A DNA stretch of 64,000 nt from the NCBI GenBank assembly GCA_963721485.1, contig CAVRJV010000014.1, positions 139,134-203,133 on the forward strand, in the 5' to 3' direction. The translations under genes were made by a program, and so were the position numbers. Positions 1 through 10,917 of this stretch are shown piece by piece; positions within the stretch are counted from its first letter, which is position 1; every line of letters starts with the position of its first letter. The DNA comes from an uncultured delta proteobacterium. Its GTDB lineage: Bacteria; Desulfobacterota; Binatia; Binatales; Binataceae. A model generated the notes under the pieces. That model was not told the DNA's origin, did not search any database, and was given only the letters and a program-made list of their open reading frames with translations.

Positions 1-174
1 GGCGTGGCCGGGATATTCGCCGACCAACAACTCGTCCGAGATCACGCTGACCGACGGGCGCCGGCTCGTTGCGAGTCGGGCGCGCTGCGTGGTCGGAGCG
101 CTTGCTGAACCAATCAACCATGATTCAAATGTAACCATCTGGCGGGTAGGTATTCCAGCGGGGCATCAATGACG

Positions 175-2898
175 TCAGCCAGCTTCACGCTTTGGCATGG
201 CCCCGATGTCGCTCTGGCGAATCTCGGTTCTGGAGCTGGCACGCTTACCGGGATCTGTTCCGTTCGAGGTCGCGGCGTTCGCGGACAACGCGATTTTCGA
301 GCGGGAACCCGAAAGCGCGATGACCGCCGCGCGCATCGAGTCCGCAATTTTGCGATAGGCGCCGGCGCCTTCCGAACTCTCCGCAATTTCGCGAAGCTCG
401 GCCGCCGTGATCGCGCGACCGATGCGCACTTCCACCGGATGCCGCCGCGGGATGAGACTGCCTTTGCCCATCACGTCGTGCGTGCCGCGAATGGACACCG
501 GCAGCACGTCGCATCGGCTGCGCAGCGCCAGGAATCCCGCGCCGCTCTTGAACTCGTGAATCGCGCCGTCGGCAGAGCGCGTGCCCTCGGGGAACATCAG
601 CACGCTGCGTCCCTGCGCCAACTCGCCGAGCGCATCCTCGAGCGATTCGAGCTGCGCGCGCTCGCGATCGAATGGCATCATCGAGGTGAAGTTGGCCGCG
701 AGGAAGCGCCGCGCTGGTGTGTTGAAGAAATAATCCCTCGCCGCGAGCACGCGGAGGTCGTCGCCGATCGCGCCGAGCGCGTGGCCGACCAGGCTGAAGT
801 CGAGATGACTGGAATGATTGGCGACGACGATAAAGTTGCGATTGGCAGGGACGTTGCCGCGCCCCAGGATTTTCGGCTTCAGCCATCCGTCGAAAATTGC
901 ACGCTCCGCCCCGCGCACCGCAAAGCGGCCGAGCCATTTGAGCGGCGCCGGCAGGTGCAGTGTGTAAGGCTCGGCGAACTTGGCGTACGAGGGCATGCGA
1001 CGCACGGCCGTTGCTGCCGGGTTGCGCCGCGAGGAGCTGCAGATCCGCGACGGTGCGCAGATCCGCGATTTCCTCCGGCGCAATCTCGCGGCTCGCGCGC
1101 TCGCCGATCAGCTCGCCAATTTCCGCCAGCGCGAGCGAGTCGAGACCGAGATCCTCGATCAGCCGCGTCGCCGGCGCGATGTTGACAGGCTCGCTGGCGA
1201 TCGATGCGAGCGCTTCCGCCAGCCACGTCTCAACCTCGGAGTTGGCACTATCGGCGGACGAGTCTTTAGGGCGAACGTCGACCATCCGCCGCAGCGTCGC
1301 GGCGACGTCGGTGCGTTTGATCTTGCGAGTGCGCGTGCGCGGCAGTTCGAGGTCGGTGAAGCGGAGAATCCGGATCCGCTTGTGCGCGCTGAGCTCGCGC
1401 GCGAACTTGTCGAAGTCAGTGCGCAGCCGATCTTCCACCGCGCGGCGGCTCTCGCCGCGTGCATACGCGGGCACCACCAGCGCCGCGACCTGCTCGCCCT
1501 GTCCGACCTTCAGGCCGACCACCGCCATCTCCTTGACGTACTGCGAACGGCCATAAATCTCCTCGAGCTCTTCGATGTAGATGTTGTTGCCGCCCGAATC
1601 GACGATGACTTCCTTGGCGCGCCCGACGATGTAGAGGCGGCCATCGTCGTCGAAGCGCCCGAGGTCGCCGGTGTGCAGCCAGCCGTCGCGTCAGCACTTC
1701 GGCGGTCGCGGCCTCGTTGCGATAGTAGCCCGCCATGACGTTGGGCCCGTGCGCGACGATCTCGCCGATCGATCCGGTCGCGGGCATCAGCTTGATCTCG
1801 ACGCCGTTCAGCGGCCTTCCGACTGCACCGGCCTGCAGCGGCTCGTCGGGCCGCGCGACGGACAGCACCGGCGCAGCTTCAGTCAGGCCGTAGCCTTCGA
1901 GCAGCGGGATGCCGATGTCGTTGAAAAACTCGGCGACGCGATGGGGCAGGGCGGAACCGCCGCTGACGGCGAGCCGCAGGCGTCCGCCGAGCGCGCCATG
2001 AACCTGCCGGAAAACGATCGAGCCGAAGTTGAGGCCCGAGTTCGAGTCGAGACGCCGATTCAGATCGCGCAGATTGTCGAAGGCGGCGTGAAAGAACGGG
2101 CCGCGCGCTTCAACCTCGTCGACGATGCGGCGATGGACCGCCTCCCACACCGCGGGCACTCCGATCAGCGCGGTCGGGCGCACATCGGCGAGCGTGCGCG
2201 ACAGCGTCTTCGCATCGACTCCGAGTGGATAGACAATCGTCGCGCCGCTCGCGAGCGGCAGCAGCATCCCGCAGGTGAACTCGAAGGTGTGATGCAGCGG
2301 TAGCAGCGACAGCACCACGTCGTCGGCGCCGAGCACGAAGACGCGCGCGAGCATCGCGATCTCGGCGGCGAAGTTGCCGTGCGTCAGCATCACGCCCTTG
2401 GGCGCGCCGGTGCTGCCCGACGTGAACAGGATCGACGCGAGCGCTTTTCGCTCGGGCGGCGCCGGCGGAGTCTTCGCGTCGCCGCGCAAAATGAACGGAC
2501 GCGCGAGCTCGGCGAGGTCGAGCTCGATGAGCTTCGGATGTGCGTCGCCAAGCGCGGAACCGAGGCGCTTGTGGACCGCGCTCGAGCGCAGCGCGGCGGC
2601 CGGCTCGGCGATCTTGCAGATGGGCGCCAGCTCTTCGGCGGAGATCAGACTGGTCGAGCGGCACCGCGATCGCGCCAGCGCACAGGATCGCGAAGTAGGC
2701 CAGCACCCAATCGGGCGAGTTCTCGCCGATCAGCAGCACGCGATCGCCCGGCTTGATCCCGCGGGTCGCGAGCAGCAGCGCCGCGCGATGCGCGCGGTCG
2801 CGCAGTTCGCGATACGTCGTTTGCGTCTGCTCGCCGGACGGCCGCCGCGCAATCATCGCGACGCGCGCGCCGTAGCGGTCGGCGGCGCGGTCGAGCAT
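175..2898 (-). CDS. multidomain protein: fatty acyl-AMP/CoA ligase - acyl carrier protein - 1-acyl-sn-glycerol-3-phosphate (lysophospholipid) acyltransferase, ElbD-like; frame interrupted several times
   Basis: Reading 2898->175, ORF 2110-2898 gives the ligase N-terminus ([18 protein letters not shown]...). ORF 1416-2489 carries the AMP-binding core ([25 protein letters not shown]) and ORF 245-1528 the ligase C-terminus ([10 protein letters not shown]) followed by an ACP motif ([11 protein letters not shown]). ORF 175-1083 is a PlsC-type acyltransferase (NHSSHLD and FPEGTRS motifs). The pieces sit in different frames, consistent with indels. Confidence 0.7.
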
Positions 2899-2949
2899 AT
2901 CGACGCAGACTGCGATGGCGCGGCAGCGACTTGGTTCGGCCGCGCGTAT

Positions 2950-4514
2950 GCAGATCGAGCTGCGGAAAAATGTGGCGGCGCAGTCCGGGCAGATGAATGT
3001 TGATCCAGTAGTCGTGCCAATCGATCAGGTCGGGACGAAACGGATGATGCTCGGCGTCGGCCGGCTTGAGCGACGCATAAAGCGCGCGAATGTTGCCTGC
3101 GTGAAAGGTGTAAACCAGCTCCTGGATATACGGGCGATAGACCTCGACCAGTTCGCGCGCGAGATCTGTATTCTCCTTGAACTTGTCGATCCCGGCCTCA
3201 ATCTTTTTCGCGCGCTGATTCTCCTCGCCCACGACGCTGCGCGCGAACGCCGCCGCCTGCTTGAGAATCTGCGGAAGCCGTGTTGCTGGCGAGGTCGTAA
3301 GTGTTCTGCGAGACGACGACGGCTTCCAGATGCGGGCCCAGCCAGCGCATCGTGCCAGCCGTCCTTGCGATGCTCGCGGCGATTGCTGAGCGCAGTCAGC
3401 TCGACCAGCCGGCGCATCGGCAGCGGATTCCGATCCGAAGTGCAGAGCTGGTAGATGGGCTTGTGCCGGCGCGACAGCAGCGCGGCGAGAATCGGAACCA
3501 TCGCATGCGCGGCGAGATCGACCGGGATCACGTCGAGCACCAGCTCCGCGCTTGGCGGGATAGAAGCGGTAGCCGCGGCCGGCGAGGTAAGTCAGCGGCG
3601 CGCTGGTGTTGACGCCCTGGTTCCATCCGGGGAACGGATCGCGCAGCGCGCTTTCGATCACCGCCGGGCGCACGACCGTGACGTTGAGCGTGTCGCGATC
3701 CGCGAGCACCAACTGCTCGCCGAGGCTCTTGGTGTAGCTGTACGTGTTGGGCCATCCCCAACTCTGCGCGCGCTTGCGGCCGACTTCCTTGAGGCGCTCC
3801 TCGACCCATTGCTTGCGCCGATGCTCGACTGGCGGACTCGCGCGGATTGCCGTCTTCGTCGGATTCGTCGCTCGCGAAACTCGGCGTGACGCAATTGATC
3901 GCGCGATTCGGCCTGCACTGCGCTCGATTGCCGCCAGCGCGTCGCGAATCTCGCGCTCAGGTTGAAAGATTTGCGGCCGATCGGGACACCAGTTCTCCGG
4001 GATGTCGTCTTCGTAGCGATGGCCGTCGGCGATGCCCGCGACGTAGCAGGTCGAGACGTGCATCATCGCGGCGCCGACTTTGTGGCAGAACTCGATGACG
4101 TTGGCGACGCCCGGTCGTGTTGACCTCGATCGCCTTTTCCAGCGACGCCTCGAAATTCACCAGCCCCGCGCAATGCACGACCGCGTCGAGGCTGCCCGGC
4201 TTGAACGGCTTCGCTTCGTCGCCGAGCAGGCCGTCATTGGTGATGTCGCCGGGAACGACGACGATCTTTTCTTCGATGTAGCGGTCGAACTTGTCGCCGA
4301 GATGTTCGCGCAGCGGGCCGAACACCGGCGAGTCGAGAATCTCGCGGCGAAAGCGGCTGAGGCTGCTGCGCCGGTCGCCGCGAATCAGCAGGTAGACGCG
4401 CTCGATCTCGGGATGCCATCGCAGCAGAATCGACAGAAACACTTTGCCGAGAAATCCGGTCGCGCCGGTCAGCAGGATGCGACGGCCCTTGAGCACCTGT
4501 TCGAGCGGCGGCAT
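2950..4514 (-). CDS. fatty acyl-CoA reductase (NAD(P)-binding, FAR/male-sterility family); frameshifted; possibly fused to the downstream ligase-ACP-acyltransferase
   Basis: The N-terminus [24 protein letters not shown] (Rossmann GxxGxxG) lies in the tail of ORF 3957-6842, with ATG at 4512-4514. The gene continues in ORF 2645-4066 ([18 protein letters not shown] = YxxxK catalytic motif) and ORF 3025-3540 ([13 protein letters not shown]). A FAR C-terminal segment ([16 protein letters not shown]...) reappears in the 2645-4066 frame. The 3' end is uncertain. Confidence 0.65.
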
Positions 4515-4546
4515 CGAGTCGAGCGGTGCCGTTGCGTTTGCCGTTG

Positions 4547-6188
4547 CTACTCGACATCGGCGATTACCAGCGGCGGCAGGTGCAGGTAGGTTATCGACGC
4601 CGAGCGCCCGAGCTCCGAGGTCGCCATCGCGATTGCTTCGTCGAGCGTGTCGGCCGCTTCCCATCCGAGCCGCGCCGCGACTTCCGGCTCCTCGCATCCC
4701 GCCGCGATCACGCGGCCGACGTGCTGGCGCGCCGGCTCGCCCCAGTACCACATGTAGAACGGATGCACGCCGTGGTACGCGTTGCCGTAGCGGTACATGT
4801 GGATGTAGGTCGGGTTGCGCGCGAACTCGCGCTCGAAAGTTTTCTCGAGCTCGACCGCGTCGGTCGTCTCGGCGAGGCATCGATGGAAAAACTCGATGTA
4901 ACTCGGATGATGCTCGGGGTGGAATTCGTCGCGCAGCGGATGACAGATGATCATCGTGCCGCCTTCGCGCACCAGCGGCTTGTTCCGATACATGTTGAAC
5001 AGGTAGCCGAGGCCGGTGCACTGCACGAGCACCGGATTCATGATCGAGTTGACGTTGTAGGGACAGATGTACGGCACGCCGACGATCAGGATGTCCGCCT
5101 GGCCCTTCACCGGCACCGCGTACTGCTGGAACACTCGCGCCAGCGCCTTCTGATGCACCGCCTCGGTGTCTCCCGCCCACACGCCGATCATTCCGTACGG
5201 CGCGGCGTAGTTGTGCAGCACGGTGCGGCGCATCTCGCTCGACATGTTGCGCATCGTCCACTGAAAGCCCTTCAGCCGCGTGCGATCCCAATCGGTGAAG
5301 TGGTCCTCGTTCTTGTGCAGGAAGTCGAGCATCCCGCCGTACATGCGGTTGTTGACGGCCGTCTCGATCTGAAAAATGTTGACCGACTCGTGAATCAGCT
5401 TGCCCATCCGGTCCGACGAGCGATGCAGCGCCGAGCGCGTCGGGTCCATGTACGAGTGCGAATCGCGCAGCGTGCCGACGTTGTGGTGATGGCGCAGGCT
5501 CTGATACGGCGCGAGCCCGACCGCGACCGACTTGTGCCCGCCGTCCATCGGCACCAGGTTGATGTTGAGATAGATGAGCAGGTCGGACTCGGCCGCGCGG
5601 CGCGACAGCCAGACTTCCTCGCCATGCTCGGTCTTGCCGAGCATCGCCAGCTCGGCGCGATTCTCGGCGTCGAAGTTGTACAGCCGGTCCGGCCAGTACT
5701 GCTTGAACGCGCGCTCGCCGACCACGCGGCGAATTTCCGCTTCCGTCATCCGCCGATGGAGCGAGGTCGCGATGATCAGATGCACGTCGTCGACGCCGTA
5801 GTCGGCGAGCGTCTGCAGCACCTGGTTGAGCAGGCGCTCGCGAATGTCGGGCCGGCGCATCTGCGGCAGCGGCAGGCTGATATCGTCGATCGCGATCGTC
5901 ACGCGCATGTTGGGACTTGAGCTGCGCGAACAGCGGGTCCTGGTTCTCCGGATGGAGCAGGGCATAGCGAATCGCTTGGTCGGGGTCGGCGAGCGGATCC
6001 AGCGGCGGCGGCGGATAGATGACGCGGGTGCCGACCGGCAGCTTCTCGAACAGAAATTCGTCGCCGTAGGGAATGATGCGGCGCTCGGAGCGTCGATTGA
6101 CCTTGACCACCAGGTCGCTGCGCGCGCCGACTTCGTGCCGCAGCTCGGCGGTTTTAAGTTCCTTGAGTTTGGCTTCAGGCCGCGCCAT
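4547..6188 (-). CDS. LarA-like / DUF2088 (lactate racemase N-terminal domain family) protein; one frameshift near 5915
   Basis: The N-terminus [12 protein letters not shown]...[55 protein letters not shown] (ATG 6186-6188) lies inside the 3957-6842 frame. The body [14 protein letters not shown]...[22 protein letters not shown]...[16 protein letters not shown] lies in frame 4547-6880. The overall architecture matches the LarA family. Confidence 0.55.
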
Positions 6189-6189
6189 C

Positions 6190-6990
6190 CGAGCCTCGCG
6201 TCGATCGTTCGTTGTCGTGGTTGAGTTCCAGGTCTGTTGTCGAAATCGTCGAGCTGCTGCGTATCCGAGGCCTTCTCGAAATGGATCACCGGCCATTGCC
6301 GGCTGAGCGCGGCGGCGCGCAATCTGCGGTCGGGGTTGACGGCGACCGGATGTCCGAGCGCGGCGAGAAACGCGGTGTCGTAGTGCGAGTCGGCATAGCC
6401 CCAGCAATCCGCGAGATCGATGTCGTGCTCGGCGGCGTAGTCTGCGCACCAGACGGATTTTTCGTCGCCCGCCATCACAGGTTCGGCGAGACGGCCCGTC
6501 GCGCGGCCGCGGCTGAAGACGAATCGGTTGGCGGCGAAGTCGGCGATGCCGAGATGACGCGCGAGCGGCGCCACGATGAAGTCCGGCGAGCCGGTGACGA
6601 GCACCGGCTCGATTCCGGCCTCGCGATTTGCTTCGATCAATTCGACTGCGCGCGGAAACAGATGGCCGATGAGGATGCGCTCGCAGTATTCCTCGCCGAG
6701 CGAGAACAGGCGGTCGCGCGAGACGCCCTTGAACGCCTCGAACAGGACTGTGTTCAGCAGCCGGCGGTCGCGCTGCTCGGCGATATACAAGCGCGGGATT
6801 CGCGCGGCGAAGCCGAGCAGGTAGGAGACGCGCCCGGTCCATTCGCCGACGTTGGCGAGGGTGAAAATGGCGGCATGCACGAGGTTCAGATCGACCAGCG
6901 TGCCGTCGAGATCGTAGAAGGCGGCGCGGCGCTTCGAGGCCTTGGCGGGCGTGCGAGTTGGAGCGTTTTCTTATGAGTGTAAACTGACAT
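6190..6990 (-). CDS. HAD-superfamily hydrolase, subfamily IB (phosphoserine-phosphatase-like)
   Basis: ORF 4547-6880 begins [13 protein letters not shown]...[24 protein letters not shown]...[28 protein letters not shown]. The HAD motif I ([12 protein letters not shown]) is found just upstream in the same frame. A possible ATG at 6988-6990 is in the -1 frame, implying an indel. The 3' end is not resolved. Confidence 0.5.
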
Positions 6991-7164
6991 GTCAGTCTAG
7001 TTTGGGCTCAAAAAAAGAGCTGCCGTTCGGAGCGGCTTCACCGCGTCGTGCGCGCAGCAAATTTCAGCAGCTCGGGACGCGCGACTCCGCTCAAGGCCGA
7101 AGTGCGAGAATCTCTTCGACCAGCGCCGCGATGTCGGTGGCGTTGCTGCGCGAGAGCATCCCGA

Positions 7165-7653
7165 TCACTTCCTTGATGCCGCCGAGGATGCGTAGGAGAC
7201 GGCGCGCGTGTCCGAGTTGCGCACCAGGTTCATCTCGATGCCGAGATCGAGCGAGCGCTTGATCAGCGCCGCGATGCGGTCGTAGAAATCCTGGATCTTG
7301 TCGTCGAGCTCGTGGTCGAAGCCGGTCGAATGGTTGAGCAGGATGTCGGTCAGCTCGCGCTCGGCGAGCACATAGCTCAGCACCCGGCTCAGATTCGCGC
7401 GCAATTGATCGACCGGGTCGGGCTCTCCCGGGCCTGGCCGCAGGCGCTGAATGCGATGCGTCAGCTCGGTGACGACCTGCTCGAGCAATTCCTCGAACAG
7501 GTCTTTCTTGTTCTGGAAATAAAGATAGAACGTGCCGCGCGCGATGCGGGCGCGGGCGATGATGTCCGCGACATTGGTCCTGTGATATCCCTTGCGCGCA
7601 AAGATGCGCTTGGCGTGGCGCAGCACTTGCGCGCGTCGGGCTTGGCGTTCCAT
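7165..7653 (-). CDS. TetR/AcrR family transcriptional regulator (C-terminus possibly frameshifted)
   Basis: The N-terminal helix-turn-helix region is typical of TetR: RAQVLRHAKRIFARKGYHRTNVADIIARARIARGTFYLYFQNKKDLFE. It is divergent from the PPOX gene. Confidence 0.8.
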   Translation of the reverse strand: MERQARRAQVLRHAKRIFARKGYHRTNVADIIARARIARGTFYLYFQNKKDLFEELLEQVVTELTHRIQRLRPGPGEPDPVDQLRANLSRVLSYVLAERELTDILLNHSTGFDHELDDKIQDFYDRIAALIKRSLDLGIEMNLVRNSDTRAVSYASSAASRK

Positions 7654-7748
7654 CGACGCGGTCTCCGTGCGGAAAGTTGAGCGTAGTGCGGGATACCGGG
7701 CAGTGTCAAATCCATAACGGGAGTGTTACGAAACTCGGAGGTGTTTGG

Positions 7749-8202
7749 ATGAGCGACTCGAAATTCTGGGAGAAGGTTCACGCGGCGGCGGCGAAGGCTA
7801 CGTGGGCATACCTGGCGACTGCCGTTGGCAGATCAGCCCAAGGTCCGCGTCGTGCATCCGGCGTTCGAGGGCGAGCGGGTGTGGGTCGCGACTGGACGCG
7901 CGTCGGCGAAGGCTCGGCATATCGACAAGAACCCCAAGGTCGAGCTCTTCTACCAGATCGGCGCCGACATGGTGCATCTGACGGTGACAGGCAAGGCGAA
8001 ATTTGTCGAGGATGTGGCGGAGAAAAAACGAATCTGGAACGGCAAGGTGTTCGACTACGATCTCTCGCAATTCTGGCCCGGCGGTCCCGAGTCGAAGGAC
8101 TTCGGCCTGATGCTGATAACGCCGGATCGCGTCGAGCTGACGTCTCTGGCCGAAATGACGACCGGAAAGAAGCCTGAGGTGTGGCGCGCGTCGGGGAAGT
8201 AA
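7749..8202 (+). CDS. pyridoxamine 5'-phosphate oxidase family (PPOX class, FMN/F420-binding; general stress protein 26-like); frameshift near 7830
   Basis: The N-terminus MSDSKFWEKVHAAAAKATWAYLATA (ATG 7749, GGAGG 9 nt upstream) is in frame 7677. It continues in ORF 7825-8202 (VVHPAFEGERVWVATG...FYQIGADMVHLTVTGKAKF). Confidence 0.7.
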
Positions 8203-8215
8203 CTCTTACGATTGT

Positions 8216-8345
8216 TTCCGCTTCCTTCGAGGGAAGGGTTAGGGGTTAGGCTCTTTGGCGCGAGCGCAGAATTTGGAATTTTGGAATTTGGTCCCCCCAC
8301 CCGCCGCGCGTGGACGCGCGTCGGCCTCCCCCCACGAACGGGGGA
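8216..8345. repeat. REP/BIME-like hairpin modules (cttccttcgagggaagg + gttagggg; cgcgcgtggacgcgcg; cctccccccacgaacgggggagg)
   Basis: This stretch consists of palindromic GC-rich modules. The 8293-8345 segment is about 80% identical to 56457-56525, and the hairpin plus 'gttagg' module recurs at 56336-56376 and 63809-63850. Confidence 0.6.
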
Positions 8346-8352
8346 GGCAATT

Positions 8353-8853
8353 TTAGCTGCGCACGCGTTCGCGGGCGAAGATTGCGCGCTCTTCGGCGGT
8401 CATCTTTTCGCGGATGCGCGAGCCTTTGCCGAGATGCCGATAGAGTCCGCCTTCCGAGAAGTATTCCTCGTACGGCTGAGCCGGGATCGGCTCCGGCGGC
8501 GGCGTGTCGGTGATCTTCACGCCGAGCACGTCCTCGACCAGGCTGCTGTCGTACATCCTGACGGCGTCGTAGTCCGTCAGCAGCGCGCATACCTCGACGC
8601 AGATGTAACATCCGATGCATTCCTGGAAGCGATCCTGCACCGGCTGCACGCCGCGCCCCGGCACCGAGCCGGGCGACAGGTACTCGATGCATTGCACGGG
8701 GCAGAACTCGGGACACTTGCCGCACGGGAAGCACAGGTTCACGTCCATGAACGCGACTTCGCGCGGGCGCTTTTTCTTTTGTCCGACTTCTTCGGGAGTC
8801 TCGGGGATGCGGTCTTCCTTGAGCCGGCGCTTGATGATGTCGATGGCGCTCAT
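8353..8853 (-). CDS. 4Fe-4S dicluster ferredoxin-type protein
   Basis: The 166-aa ORF carries two Cys clusters: CFPCGKCPEFCP and CIGCYICVEVC (CxxCxxCxxxCP type). Confidence 0.75.
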   Translation of the reverse strand: MSAIDIIKRRLKEDRIPETPEEVGQKKKRPREVAFMDVNLCFPCGKCPEFCPVQCIEYLSPGSVPGRGVQPVQDRFQECIGCYICVEVCALLTDYDAVRMYDSSLVEDVLGVKITDTPPPEPIPAQPYEEYFSEGGLYRHLGKGSRIREKMTAEERAIFARERVRS

Positions 8854-8909
8854 GCTTCTATTGTCACGCCATTTGAGCGCGCCCGGTCAAGCGGCCCGGC
8901 GAATCGCAC

Positions 8910-10540
8910 TTATCTGACGGCGAAGATGCGGCCGGTTGAGGTTCCGACGTAAAGCATCCCCGACGCCGACGATGCGGCCGTCGTGATCTTGCCGAAGCTG
9001 CGCGATGTCCATACCGGGCTGCCGTCACCCGCCAGTACCGCGCCCATGTCGCCCGCCGCCGCATCGAACACGCCGTCATAGCCGAGCACGACCACGCCGG
9101 CATCGCCCGGTTTCAGCGTCGAATTCTGTCCATCGGAGTTGCCCGTCGGCCGAGACTCCGTAGATCGCGTCATCGCCCGCGAAAATTGTTCCCGACGGAG
9201 CGACCGCCGGTCCCGCGGTTACCGAATGCGCGTAGCTCAAGTGCCACAACTGGTTGCCGTTGCTTGAATCGATCGCATACATGCCGCCGCCCGCCGATCC
9301 CGCGTACACGACATCGTCCGCAGTAGGCGACCGATCCGGAGAATCCGCCTTCGGGCTGGAACGTCCACAGCACCGCGCCGTCCGATGCGATCGAGTGACA
9401 GCGCCGCGCGAGGCTCCCACGACCACGCCGTCCGGCGTCGCCGCGGCTGTATTCACCGATCCGACACTCACGCGCCAGTTGAGAACCCCCGACGCGCTGA
9501 CAGACACCAGGTCGCCGCCGCCACCGAAGCGTAAATGGCGCATGATCGGCTCACCGCGAGCGGTCCCGCGCTCTCGCCAATTTCAAGATTCCACAGGACT
9601 GCCGCCGGCGGGACCAATCGCGGCGAGGGACGTGCTCGACGCCATCGCGATCACAGTGCCGTCGGGCAACACTGCCGGCGACGAGCCGTCGGCCTCGCGC
9701 CGCATGGTTTCCTTGCCGTTCGAATCCAGCCCGTGCAGCACGCCGTCACGCGTGATGAAGAATATCGAGTCCGTCGGGGCCCGTCGCGATTCTTCCGCGT
9801 ACCTCGGCGCCCGCATCGAAGGTCCACATCAGAACGCCCGCGCTGCGCGCCGACACGGCCGGCGTGCTTGCTCCTGCCGGCTCGACGGCGCCTTTGGGCG
9901 TCGAGGTAGCTGTCGGAGTAGCGGAGGGCTCGGACACAAAAACATCGTCCCGCCGCTCGACGGGCACGGGCAGGATGGGGCGCCGCATGAATTGACGTCG
10001 GTATAGACGCCGATTCCTACCTGCTGGCTGCTCACTCCGGAATTGCTGGCAAGGATGCAGACGCATCCCGCGTTTCCGGTTACGTAATTGGCCGCCAAGG
10101 TCGCCCGGACGGCTGCGCTTGCAGCATAGTGCTGTCCGTCGAACGTCCACAGGGTGGCCGATCCGGCCGTAATATCTCCGAATTTTACTTTCGTTTGCCT
10201 CGTGAACGTTCCGATCGCATTGAATGCGACTGTTCCGCCGGTCGGTACGCCGCTGGGTCCGGTCGCCACGATGTTGCTGCTGGTTGCGGCCGGGCGCGGC
10301 GTCAACGTTGGCGTAATAGTCTTGGTGGGCTTAGGAGTTTTCGTCGCGGGCGGCGTCGGGGTGAAAGTGGGCGAGACGGGGGCGCCGGTCGAGATCACAA
10401 TTGAATCTAGCTGGGAGTTGGGAGTCGCGGTTGCCGTCGGGCTGCTGCTGCCGCTGCCGCCGCAACTGAGCAATCCCTCCGAAAGCGAGCAACACAACCG
10501 GCGCGACCACCAGCAATCTGAGCCACCGCGATAACATCAA
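8910..10540 (-). CDS. secreted lipoprotein with Thr/Pro-rich linker and PQQ-like beta-propeller repeats; multiple frameshifts
   Basis: A signal peptide MLSRWLRLLVVAPVVLL (ORF 10331-10540) is followed by the lipobox LLSCGG and a TPTPPATKTPKPTKTITPTLTP linker (ORF 9829-10497). PQQ-type repeat segments follow (NGNQLWHLSYAHSVTAGPAV..., DGVLHGLDSNGKE...) across ORFs 9076-9543, 9583-9816 and 8910-9173. Confidence 0.5.
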
Positions 10541-10917
10541 GCGATGAGCTATGACTGATACGATCGCGCGATGTCAAGTTGATGCGCGAATTGCGATCGA
10601 AACTTGCAGACTTGACGCTGCACGAATGGAGCGCTGTGATTCACTGAAGTGGAACAAAAAAATGGCGGGCACCTGAAGAGGGGGGGACTCTCCGATGCCC
10701 GCCTGTTCGTAGCGGCCGTCCGCGTACGCTGCGGACGGAAACCGGTTGATTGGGAGGAACAAACCAACCGGCAGGATGCCAGAGCCGTTCGCACCCATTT
10801 ATTGAGACGATTCATTTCAGTGATTATTCAAAGTCAAAAATTTCATTTCAAAAGATTTTCGATTTGCACCCACGCTCGCGGCGGACTAGACTCGGCGGCG
10901 GAGGATACGAAAAAGCC

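Noticed and set aside
3957-6842. 961-aa minus-strand ORF, the longest in the window
   Set aside because: Most of it is Arg/Ala/Pro-rich low-complexity translation of GC-rich DNA in the wrong frame. Only its two ends match real proteins: the FAR N-terminus at about 4120-4514 and the LarA-like N-terminus at about 5915-6188. The rest overlaps the well-supported LarA-like frame (4547-5908) out of frame.
8212-8350. Possible CRISPR array or tRNA in the repeat-rich intergenic regions (8212-8350, 51831-51900, 52838-52940, 56205-56530, 63809-63850)
   Set aside because: There are no regularly spaced direct repeats with unique spacers. The repeats are palindromic REP-like modules of heterogeneous sequence. 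No cloverleaf or T-loop (GTTCGAATC / GGTTCGATTCC) motif appears in a non-coding context. The only 'gttcgaatc' (about 54677) lies inside the hisG/hisI junction.
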